From: Candidatus Saccharimonadota bacterium
GTDB taxonomy: Bacteria > Patescibacteriota > Gracilibacteria > BD1-5 > UBA2023
Length of the DNA stretch: 32,000 nt
Assembly: GCA_046350815.1 (NCBI GenBank)
Contig: JAXLZO010000001.1
Span: 720,001 to 752,000, forward strand
Direction: 5' to 3'
The notes beneath the pieces were generated by a model. That model saw only the letters and a list, made by a program, of their open reading frames with translations, was not told where the DNA came from and searched no databases. Of this stretch, positions 12,143 through 20,824 are shown piece after piece; within the stretch, counting starts at the first letter, position 1, and each line of letters begins with the position of its first letter. Position numbers and translations under genes: made by a program.

Positions 12143-13366
12143 TTACCCACTAAACCCCCTCTTCACAATTTTCTCTTTTGCATTCCTGACACGAAGGGGA
12201 AAAGTGTCAGAATATACACAGCCACAATAATCTTGTCGGTAGATATTATGCTCATGAGTATAGTCAACGCTCCGTTGAAAGCCATTATTTTTTCGGAAGG
12301 CAATCTTGAGGAATTCAAGTCCGTATTCCCGTCCATACTTATCACCGAGTGAGAATATTTTCTCAAGGTCCTTATGTGGTGATGTATTGAGAGTTGATGT
12401 ATAGTGAGTATATCATAGCTCCTTGCCAAGTCGAGCAGATCTCTCGAGTCTCATATCGTAGCAGAGGGTGCATTTTTCTCCACGTTCAGGCGTATCTTCA
12501 TATCATTTGATAATCTGAAAGAATCTTCCAACATCGTATTCTCACTCGATATAGGGAACTCATTCGATTTCACATACTTTTTTGAACGCATCGAATCTCT
12601 TATCGTATTCAGCTTTTGGTTGAATATTGGGATCATACCAAAAGCAGAGAAGATCATATTCTTTTTTGAGATCCATAATCGGCACGGTCGCATCTGGTCC
12701 ACAGCACACATGGAGGAGGAGTTTTGGTTTTTGTTCGAGTTGTTTGCGAATAGGCGCATAGCTTTTGCGATGAAACTCAGAAACATGTATTATTTCTGTA
12801 ATAGCCTCTTGATGTTTCCTTGTTCCATATCATTGATTCATATCGAGACCAAGAGATGGATCTATGAGATGATATGCTTTCATAAGTTCATCTCGCCAGA
12901 CTTTTGCAATGATGGATGCTGCTTGAATTTCCTTTATTTTTGTATCACCTTTGATGATGGAGAGAGGGCTTTTTGTGAGAATCGTATCAAATTTATATCC
13001 ATCATTACCATCAATCAGAACACTATCAATCGTATCTCAGTATTGATTTATAAGAAAAGCAAGCTGTCTGAGTGCTCGCTCCATAGCAAGACGATTTGCC
13101 TCTTTAATTCCCATAGTGTCAATCTCCTCATTTGACGCAAGTCATACTCCAAAATGCAGGAGTGGTTCCGCATTTTTTTTATGCGAATGTTTGATGAGAA
13201 AATCAAAAGCCTTCCTTCTTTTTTTCTCTGTGAGTGATTTACTGTCAGCAATTAATGTTGATACTTCATTCAGATCTCTCCCATGCACAAAACTAAGTGC
13301 ACAAGCAACAACTGGGCCATACCATGGACCTCTTCATGCTTCATCAATTCAAATTTTTCGCTTCAT
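12143..13366 (-). CDS. rnhB: Fusion protein: ribonuclease HII (N-terminal) plus epoxyqueuosine reductase QueH/DUF208 (C-terminal)
   Basis: 408 codons, ATG 13366 to TAA 12143-12145. RNase HII blocks: IGIDEA(TGA)RGPWYGPVVA, DSKSLTEKKR, LIDGN, IIKGD, AASIIAKV, (TGA)YGTRKH, FHRKSY. It continues in frame into QueH blocks: LLLHVCCGPDAT, CFWYDPNIQP, CTLCYDMRL, TSTLNTSPHK, YRQDYCGCVYS. There is no start codon at the junction. The stop is 3 nt from the next gene's start. Confidence 0.85.
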
Positions 13367-13461
13367 AGATATTTTGTATGATTATATGAAATCGAGAATG
13401 AAAAGAAAATTTTCTTGCCTTTCTTTGCTTTATCATGAATATTGCTTGTATAACTTTTGTC

Positions 13462-14514
13462 ATGCTCACCTCTCATACTACTGGATCTGGTAAAGATGCG
13501 ATCACGACGATTTCTCACTGAGATTTCTCATCATTCTCTGTACAAGTTGCTCACTATGGTGCGACACTTCTCTCATTTCATACAAACAAAGAATTTGGTG
13601 ACATGGAAATTCTCGGTGGCTATAAATCACTCGAAGATCTTCATATTGGATATGCATCACGCAATTGGGTGATGGCACCATTTGCAAATCGTATTCCGAA
13701 TGGGCGATATACGTGGCAGGGGAGGGAATACATACTCCCAGAATGATCTCGTATGCATGGATTGGTAGCAAAAGAAGTTTGGGATTTGCTTGATGTTTCG
13801 ACTGGAGAAGGTTCTATCAAACTCACATTCACACTTGATAGTCTCTCTGATGGGGTAGAGGGTTATCCATTCGAACTTCTTTATACGCTTACCTATACTA
13901 TTTCGTTAGAGGGCGTGACCATGGAGATAACAGCAACGAATGTTGGTGAGCAAGATGCTCCGTATTTTGTTGGTTGGCATACCTATTTCACTCTTTGAGA
14001 AAGCAGACCGGATAATCTTATGCTCCAAATTCCATCGAATACATGAGTAGCAATGGATAACTCTCTCGTTCCACTGGATGGAAAGGAGGCTTTTGTATCA
14101 CGAAAAAAGCGATCAAGATTGGATTACAGAAAACCAAAGAAAATAAGGAAATCCATCATTGATGATTATTTTGTCATGCAAGACAACATTCCCGAGGCAT
14201 ATCTCACGAATACATCCAAGAAAATATCGATTGCTATCACAGGAGAGAGAGGTTGTATCATTGCTTTTACTTCTGATTCTCTCGAAGATGCACCACGATC
14301 AGCTATTGCCATTGAGCCCATGGAAGGAATTGCAAATAGCTTCAATCGAGGTGATATGCAAAAACAGATACTACTCAAGGCCTGAACGAGTCGCTCCTAT
14401 AGTGCCTCGTTTACCCTCACGGGGGTAGAGTTGAGCGATGATGACGAGTCAAGATTCATTCTTGCTACTATGGGCGTTGGGGCAGTTGATGCTATCACCG
14501 CTATTCTGAGCTAG
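13462..14514 (+). CDS. Aldose 1-epimerase (galactose mutarotase-like) family protein
   Basis: ATG 13462 to TAG 14512-14514. Blocks: VAHYGATLLSF, PFANRIPNGRY, HGL, GYPF, VGWHTYF, AIAIEPMEG. A TGA Gly at 14383 sits in the usual L.pGe-type C-terminal strand. About 30 further codons show no recognisable homology. Confidence 0.8.
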
Positions 14515-15306
14515 AAGTGAGATCGGATTTCAAAACTGATCAATGAGGAGGGTATAGCCCTCTTTTATTGGACCCAAAAAAGAAAGGTTACCATTTTTGA
14601 GAAATTTGATTTCTTCATCATGAATTATTCTTCTCTCTTGAAGTTCAAAGAATTCTCCAATATCTCGCTGATTTGATAGTTTGATCTCCTCCAAGAGTGT
14701 AGAATGACTTTGGTCGATGCTGCCTATTTTGGTTCGCTTGAGATCGGTAATAATACCGCCAGTTCACAATAGAGAACCAAGGTCGCGCGCTATAGATCGA
14801 ATATACGTTCCTGATGAAACTCGTGCCCGCAATGTGATAAATGGTGGATCGTATGAGAGTATCTCATGAGAATATATCTCGACGGGCCGTGCTTTCAGAT
14901 TTACTTCTTTTCCTTTCAATATAAGTTCATATGCCCTTTTACCATCAACCCAAATAGCAGAATAGGAGGGTGGCACTTGTTCGATTTTTCAGGTAAAGTT
15001 CTCTGCGATAACCTCTTGTATTTTCTCATAACTTGGAACGAGCCAATCTACATACTCATCTTCTGTAGAGAGATCATAAGATGGTGAGGTTCGAGAGATA
15101 TCAATAGTATACTCATACGTCTTATCCTGACCAACAAGATAATTGAGTAGCGGGGTTGCTCACTCTGCTGCAATCAGGAGGAGTCATTCTGCCTCCTGAT
15201 CGAGCGTTCCAGCATGGCCAACTCGAGAGAGTCAGAGTTTCTTTTTGAGCCGAGTGACTGCAGTATGTGATGAAATTCAGCGAGGTTTATAAATGAGAAA
15301 GAACAT
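14371..15306 (-). CDS. truB: tRNA pseudouridine(55) synthase
   Basis: ATG 15306 with a TAG immediately upstream in frame. Blocks: YKPR(TGA)ISSH, VGHAGTLD (catalytic Asp), QVPPSYSAIWVDGKRAYE, VSSGTYIRSIARDLG. The first non-TGA stop is TAG at 14371-14373. Homology appears to end near 14490. Confidence 0.85.
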
Positions 15307-15458
15307 GGTCTAATTGGGTAGATTTGGATGTTACCTGATTTTATAAAATTTTCTAGTGTCATGTATATATTATGAACTTGCTTCATCGTAAGAGAATTGT
15401 ACTTTACAAGTAATTATTAATATGTATATTGTTAGTACTTATTTTTAGATAAATTTCT

Positions 15459-16403
15459 ATGAGAAATACATCTGGTCTAATTTCTGAACTTGCAAAAGAA
15501 TGAAAGATATGAGAACTGGAATTATTACTACAAAAGAAAGTTGATAGTATTAACCCAGATATCACAACAGCACTTAAAGTAAAAAACTTACTTAATTTTG
15601 ATGCATCAAAACAGGATAATCTTCTGCCAATTATGCAAGATAAGCTATCATTTATTTATTGAGATCAGATAAAATCATTTCATAAATTACTTCAAGCGGA
15701 TAGAACAACTTATATCCTTACTGATGATAGTGAAAATCATTACTGAATACTAGCTTATAAAAAAGAGTTGCAACATGACATAGCTCGTGTTTGATGAGGT
15801 ATTTGATATATTGAGGTAAAAAGTTTATTACTCTTAGATGATGAAATGAAATGAAAAGGGCTTATTTATATTTTAATTCAGAGGCTTATTGAGGATGTTA
15901 GAATGAAATATCCAAATGCAAACGGCATTGTCTGTACTGTGTCTAATACTCATGCTGCTGCTTCGCAAGAATTATTCAAAAAATTATGATTTGTTAGATT
16001 ATTTTCCGATTATTGAATCTATGCAGAAGGTGATACTGAAACAACCATGTATTTCCCTATCAATAAACAACTATCATCAAAAAAATGGGATGTTCCAATA
16101 AAAAATCCATATTTTGATATGATTCAATCCTGATCTAAAACAACAGAAGGAAGGGCAGGAAAAATGTATGCAGATATTTTTGAGTGAGATGATATTGTCT
16201 TTAAAAATGGGAGTGCTACTTTAGTAAAAAAAGTACTAACATCTACTCATTATCCCACTTTGGAAGAGTATTTGAAAGTTGAAGGATATAAAGAGTGTAT
16301 CCCAAATGCCAGAAATATGGAGGATGCTATGCAAGCATATAAAAATATACCTGGATATGCGGATAAAATTAAACGCCTATGAATTTATTGAATTAAAATT
16401 TAA
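15459..16403 (+). CDS. GNAT acetyltransferase domain fused to an ASCH (PUA-like) domain
   Basis: 315 codons, ATG 15459 to TAA 16401-16403. GNAT motif A is LLDDEMK(TGA)KGLIYILIQRLIE, followed by SQELFKKL(TGA)F. The C-terminal about 110 aa, WDVPIKNPYFDMIQS(TGA)SKTTEGR...GDDIVF...GIYGIKI, resemble ASCH domains. The domain calls rest on motif recall only. Confidence 0.6.
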
Positions 16404-16405
16404 TT

Positions 16406-16666
16406 ATGTCTAAGATTGTAAAAAAATATATTCTTCCTCAATATTTTGAGCAAGTTCTTGCGGGTACAAAGAATTACGAGCTTCGATTGGGTGATATTGA
16501 TGCAAATGTTGGTGATACTCTTCATTTAGTTGAGAGGATGGCCGATGGTACGGAAACAGGTCGAAGCACTGATCGTCTTATAAAATCACGAGTGAATACG
16601 AAAGATATATTGTTTTGGTCTCAAGAGGAAATTGAGAAAAACGGTTATAGTGTTCTGGGATTCTAA
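16406..16666 (+). CDS. Small ASCH-superfamily protein (DUF3850-like)
   Basis: 86 aa, starting 2 nt after the previous stop. ILPQYFEQVLAGTKNYELRLGDIDANVGDTLHLVE....TGRS matches the DUF3850/ASCH N-terminal pattern. Confidence 0.55.
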   Translation: MSKIVKKYILPQYFEQVLAGTKNYELRLGDIDANVGDTLHLVERMADGTETGRSTDRLIKSRVNTKDILFWSQEEIEKNGYSVLGF

Positions 16667-16696
16667 AAAAATCTCTCGTCAATGAGAGGTTTTTTT
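16665..16696. terminator. Bidirectional rho-independent terminator
   Basis: A7, atctctc, loop gtcaat, gagaggt, T7. It lies between the convergent stop codons at 16664-16666 and 16695-16697. Confidence 0.75.
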
Positions 16697-17675
16697 AGAG
16701 ATAATCGAGAGTAATATTTCGGTTTTTTGCAATCTCTGAGCTGAATGCTCCCAGAATCATCTCACTCTCACGAGATCGTATGAATATCTGCGCATGATAG
16801 ATGTCACCAATTCTCTTGGTAAGGCTGGGATGATGGATGATCTGGGCTTGTACTCAGAGTTCATCCCGGAGAGCTATGAGACGATCATGCCAGATGATGG
16901 AGATACCACTCACATCATCACTTTTTTTTCCAGTGAAGGTTATACGCGCATACCGTGCGTACGGGGGGAGATGGTAGAGTTTTCGTTCGTGGAGAGTCTT
17001 GGTAAGGTGACTTTCATGATTTTGCGTGAATATATCTTGCACAAGCTCATCTTTTGCGATCATAGTTTGCATCACAATATCTTGACCAAGATCGAGTGAC
17101 CATGCAATCTCTTGGTAGAGCTTTTCACCGGTATCATACATGCCAAGTCCAAAATCTGATTCTAAGAGTGGGTATATGATGAGGGAAATCTTTGGAAGAA
17201 ATTCCTGTATTTCTGATTTTGTACTAATAAAAATGGATGGTGTTGTGTCGTTTGCAACAATGTTTTTTGCTTTCTTCCCAAGACGCCGAATATCCGATTC
17301 TATTCGAGATATGTTGATGTTCGGCATGAGCTTCTTGAGACTTTGTTCGAGTCACTGTGTTCCTGGTAATCCAGGGACAATCTTGCTACTCTTGCAATGT
17401 GGACATTCATGAGGTATCTCTGACGGAGAATAACAAAGATGACACTCAAGATGAGGTTTTGGATCGTGATGAGATACAAGCGGAACATCACACCAGACAC
17501 ATTTCCATATATGACCGCAGTCCCCACATCGTAGGATCCGCTCTTTCCCACGACGATTGTGGAGAACAAGTGCATTTTTTCAGGCAGTAATTGTCTCCTC
17601 GAGAAGATCAATCATTTTCTGTGTAATAAGTGGGGCGATTGTCTTTTGGAGCGTGAGATCTATGAGATGGATCAT
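16695..17675 (-). CDS. PriA-like protein, C-terminal half only (Cys-rich zinc region plus degenerate helicase lobe 2 and C-terminal domain)
   Basis: 327 codons, ATG 17675 to TAA 16695-16697. LVLHNRRGKERILRCGDCGHIWKCVWCDVPLVSHHDPKPHLECHLCYSPSEIPHECPHCKS has four CxxC pairs as in the PriA Cys-rich region. Then GLPGTQ(TGA)LEQSL and LPPYARYARI. No Walker A or DExH region exists upstream, because nrdR occupies that space. Confidence 0.7.
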
Positions 17676-18142
17676 GATTTTTGAGGTTCATCTTGTTGGA
17701 GTTCTTCCTGGAGAAATTCGATAAATTCTTTGCCACTCGTGAAATGATGATAGATCGAAGCAAAGCGAATATAGGCGATCTCATCAAGATCACGAAGCCG
17801 AGAGAGAATATCTTTCCCAATTCGCTTTGAGGTGACGACTTTGCGAGTGGCTGCCCAGTTTGCTTCAAGATCATTGATGAGTCATTCGATCTCGGCTGGA
17901 GAGATATTCGCTCTCTTATATGCTGCCTTGGTAATGGAGTTTTGTACTTTCACTCGATCATAGAATTCGAGTGATCCATCGGATTTTTTCACGACAAAAT
18001 TCACGACTTCTACTCGTTCAAACGTGGTAAATCGTTCATTACATCGCTCACACTCACGTCTTCTTCGAATCATTTTTCCATCTTCGGAGAGACGTGAATC
18101 GATGACTTTGGTATCGAGATTCTGACATCGTATACATCGCAT
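17660..18142 (-). CDS. nrdR: Transcriptional repressor NrdR
   Basis: MRCIRCQNLDTKVIDSR...RRRRECERCNERFTTFE zinc ribbon followed by an ATP-cone (RKVVTSKRIGKDILSRLRDLDEIAYIRFASIY). The TGA at 17882 reads as Gly and the true stop is TAG at 17660-17662. Confidence 0.92.
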
Positions 18143-18198
18143 ATTGCTTTCTCTTTATTTTTAGTATGATTGCTTTCATAATATCTAACTTTGCTCGT

Positions 18199-18624
18199 AT
18201 GTCTATTATGAAAGAGTTTCGAGAGTTTGCTATCAAGGGAAATGTGATAGATCTCGCAGTCGGTGTGATTATCGGTACGGCTTTTGGAAAAGTCGTGACG
18301 TCTGTTGTAGAGGATATTATCATGCCACCTATTGGATGGCTGATTGGAAATGTGAATTTCACTGATTTAAAACTCACGCTTCCATCGATTATCGAAGGAC
18401 AAAAAGTGGTTACGGTAAATTATGGAAATTTTCTTCAGATTAGTTTTAATTTCTTGATAGTTGCTCTTGCAGTATTTGCACTTGTACGAGTTATCAATCG
18501 TGTCAAACGAGTGGAGGAAAAGAAAGAAGAAAAAATAGAAGAAAAGAAGGCGGAGATCGCTCCTGATGTAGTTCTCTTACAAGAGATTCGAGACCTGCTC
18601 AAGGTAAAAACTCTGACAAAATAG
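18199..18624 (+). CDS. mscL: Large-conductance mechanosensitive channel
   Basis: MKEFREFAIKGNVIDLAVGVIIGTAFGKVV...IMPPIG. Possible starts are 18166, 18199 and 18208; 18208 best matches the usual MscL N-terminus. Stop TAG at 18622-18624. Confidence 0.9.
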   Translation: MSIMKEFREFAIKGNVIDLAVGVIIGTAFGKVVTSVVEDIIMPPIGWLIGNVNFTDLKLTLPSIIEGQKVVTVNYGNFLQISFNFLIVALAVFALVRVINRVKRVEEKKEEKIEEKKAEIAPDVVLLQEIRDLLKVKTLTK

Positions 18625-18628
18625 TCGC

Positions 18629-18946
18629 ATGGATATTCTTCATTTTCTTCGTCAATACCATATATTTGATTATGCAATCTTTGATCTCACAGCTTCTTTT
18701 GTAGGTATATACCTTCTCTCGCCAGTTCTCTCGCGCATAATGAAATGGTTTCGCTTGGACGTACCACTTCAAAGTTGGCTCTTATTTACGCTTCCGATTG
18801 GCATTTTGGTCCATATTGCCGTAGGGAGCTATACTCCTATGACACGAGATCTTCTTGATCCGAGTAGTCATTGGATATTGAAAGGTATCATTCTTGGATG
18901 TGTAGTCACGGGTTTGAAGTATGTGAGTATTGTGAGGAAGTTGTAG
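18629..18946 (+). CDS. Hypothetical small membrane protein
   Basis: A 105-aa ORF with three hydrophobic segments, beginning 4 nt after mscL. I recognise no family. Confidence 0.5.
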   Translation: MDILHFLRQYHIFDYAIFDLTASFVGIYLLSPVLSRIMKWFRLDVPLQSWLLFTLPIGILVHIAVGSYTPMTRDLLDPSSHWILKGIILGCVVTGLKYVSIVRKL

Positions 18947-18971
18947 GGTAGAGTGTTCTCAGATGCAAACT

Positions 18972-19003
18972 AAAAACACTTTTATGAAATGAAAAGTGTT
19001 TTT
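18972..19003 (+). terminator. Rho-independent terminator
   Basis: aaaaacactttt, loop atgaaatg, aaaagtgttttt, running into a T-tract. It lies 26 nt after the stop at 18946. Confidence 0.7.
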
Positions 19004-19100
19004 TGCTTCAAAAATTGAAAGAAAATTATTTGTCAATAGAGCAAATTTGAATTTATTCAAATTCTGTGCTAGTGTTAGTGAGTATTTCTTATTACTCACT

Positions 19101-20549
19101 ATGCGACATGTTAAAAAATGCCTGCTTCTTGCAGGTGCCCTCTCGATTGTTTGAGGATCTCAAGCAATATTTGCATCTTCATCTGATTCAAATGGTCAGT
19201 GGAATTATGGCACTCTTGATAACCCTGTTTATGCAGCTGTTATACAAATACCATCATTTCTATGGAATTGGAATTATGGGACACTTGATATGCCGGTATG
19301 GTTCTCATTTGGATCATCTGAAGGTAATAGCTCATGATTCAATGTCGGAATTGTTGCAAATACTTCAGGATCGGAAAATAGCCCGAGCCCTCTTCAAAAA
19401 GAAGAAATTATAGAAAATGCTGCTTATCCAACTTACTCGCCAGACGGAACAAGTTTTGCATATATGAAGAAAATAGACGAAAAATATGTGATTATTAGGG
19501 ATGGCAATATTAGTTCACAAAAATATGATAACATTATAGGTTTTAGCTATTCCATAGATGGAAAGAGTTTTATGTACGCTGCAGAAATAAATGGAAGAAA
19601 AATTATCGTTAAAGATGGAGTTGAATCACCATACTATGATAGCATAAGTTTTTCTGATGACTGGAAAAGTTATGCTTATATGAAGAAGATTGATGATAAA
19701 TTCATACTTATAAAAGATGGAGTTGAATCACAAAAGTATGATACTATTGACAATATTACTTATTCTTCAGATGGGAAAAGCTTTGTATATACTGCTACAG
19801 TTAACGGGAAAGAATTTGTTGTCAAAGATGGAGTTGAATCACAAAAGTATGATCGTATTTTATCACCTGTTTATTCTCCGGACGGAAAAAGTTTTGCTTA
19901 TTCAGCAATGATTAATAGTGAATATGTAGTTATCAAAGATGGAATTCAATCACCAAAGTATAACGGTATTTCTTGATACCCAACTTACTCTTCAGATAAT
20001 AAAAGTTTTGCATATATCGCAATAATTGATGACAAATATATAGTTGTCAAAGATTGAGTGGAGTCTCAAAAATATGATAGTGTAAATAATCTTACTTATT
20101 CCCCAGATGGAAAAAGCTTTGCTTATGTTGTAGAAATTAATGGAAAATATATAGTTGTCAAAGATTGAGTGGAGTCTCAAAAATATGATGGTATAGGTCA
20201 TAGTCTCGTTTATTCCCCGGACGGAAAAAGTTTTGCTTATGTAGCATTATCTACTATCGAATCACAATCATGATCAGTTCGAAGCCGGAAAATACAATGA
20301 AGTCTTGTCAAAGATTGAGTGGAGTCTCAAAAATATGATAGTGTAAATAATCTTACTTATTCCCCAGATGGAAAAAGCTTTGCTTATGTTGTAGAAATTA
20401 ATGGAAAATATATAGTTGTCAAAGATTGAGTGGAGTCTCAAAAATATGATGATATTTATCGTGATTTTACATATTCCCCAGATAATCAAGGCTTTGCATA
20501 CACTGTAAAGATCGGTGAAAAAACTATGATTGTAAAGCGAAATTACTAG
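19101..20549 (+). CDS. Secreted repeat protein with about 11 tandem roughly 40-aa PD40/beta-propeller-like repeats
   Basis: ATG 19101 to TAG 20547-20549, 483 codons. The signal-like N-terminus is MRHVKKCLLLAGALSIV. The repeating unit is Y(S/T)PDGKSFAY..x..GK..VVKDGVESQKYD. The Gly of KDG is GGA in early repeats and TGA in later ones. Confidence 0.8.
20044..20190 (+). repeat. 147-bp perfect direct repeat inside the repeat-protein gene, copy 1
   Basis: Identical to 20305-20451, at an offset of 261 bp (87 codons). Confidence 0.9.
20305..20451 (+). repeat. 147-bp perfect direct repeat inside the repeat-protein gene, copy 2
   Basis: Identical to 20044-20190. Confidence 0.9.
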
Positions 20550-20556
20550 ATCTAGC

Positions 20557-20589
20557 AAAAAACCTTCTTCATAATGAAGAAGGTTTTTT
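20557..20589. terminator. Bidirectional rho-independent terminator
   Basis: A6, ccttcttca, loop taa, tgaagaagg, T6. It lies between the plus-strand repeat-protein gene and the minus-strand tRNA pair. Confidence 0.8.
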
Positions 20590-20599
20590 AATTCTTATT

Positions 20600-20674
20600 T
20601 GGTTGCGGAGGTATGAATCGAACATACGACCTCAAGGTTATGAGCCTTGCGAGCTACCACTGCTCTACTCCGCG
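20600..20674 (-). tRNA. tRNA-fMet (CAU), probable initiator
   Basis: Minus-strand sequence CGCGGAG TA GAGC AGTGGTA GCTC G CAAGG CTCATAA CCTTG AGGTC GTATG TTCGATT CATAC CTCCGCA A CCA. It folds as a cloverleaf with anticodon CAT and an encoded CCA. The C1/A72 mismatch is typical of bacterial initiators. Only two of the three usual G-C pairs occur at the base of the anticodon stem. Confidence 0.85.
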
Positions 20675-20681
20675 GAAAATT

Positions 20682-20758
20682 TGGTGCCAATGGGCGGACT
20701 TGAACCGCCGACCTCAGGGTTATGAGTCCTGTGCTCTAACCAGCTGAGCTACATTGGC
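20682..20758 (-). tRNA. tRNA with CAU anticodon (elongator Met, or Ile2 if lysidine-modified)
   Basis: Minus-strand sequence GCCAATG TA GCTC AGCTGGTTA GAGC A CAGGA CTCATAA CCCTG AGGTC GGCGG TTCAAGT CCGCC CATTGGC A CCA. The acceptor stem is fully paired and CCA is encoded. There is an A31/C39 mismatch next to the anticodon loop. Confidence 0.85.
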
Positions 20759-20793
20759 GAGCGAGAATCCACTATCTGCTCAAGGACGAGAGC

Positions 20794-20820
20794 ATTATAT
20801 AGAGATACTCGCAAAGTCAA
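20794..20820 (-). promoter_or_regulatory. Candidate sigma70-type promoter for the tRNA pair
   Basis: The minus strand reads TTGACT, 15 nt, TATAAT, about 35 nt upstream of the first tRNA. The spacer is shorter than the canonical 17 nt, and promoter rules for this lineage are not established. Confidence 0.3.
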
Positions 20821-20824
20821 ATTT

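Noticed and set aside
12620-13135. 171-aa plus-strand ORF
   Set aside because: It is antisense to the RNase HII-QueH gene, whose minus-strand frame carries clear family motifs. The translation is low-complexity and is a shadow ORF.
17676-18100. Possibility that the PriA-like frame extends upstream through nrdR to give a longer PriA
   Set aside because: That frame stays open only because TGA is not a stop. Its translation there (for example ...SSFHEWQRIYRISPGRTPTRGTSK) has no PriA-like or helicase motifs, and the nrdR frame is clearly the coding one.
19464-20460. Regularly spaced repeats as a possible CRISPR array
   Set aside because: The repeats are in frame and protein-coding (about 120-nt units encoding a 40-aa motif). 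Both the units and the sequence between them vary, and nothing cas-like is nearby.
19992-20558. Minus-strand ORFs of 69 and 94 aa with repeated sequence
   Set aside because: They are antisense shadows of the plus-strand repeat protein. Their repetitiveness only mirrors the coding repeats on the other strand.
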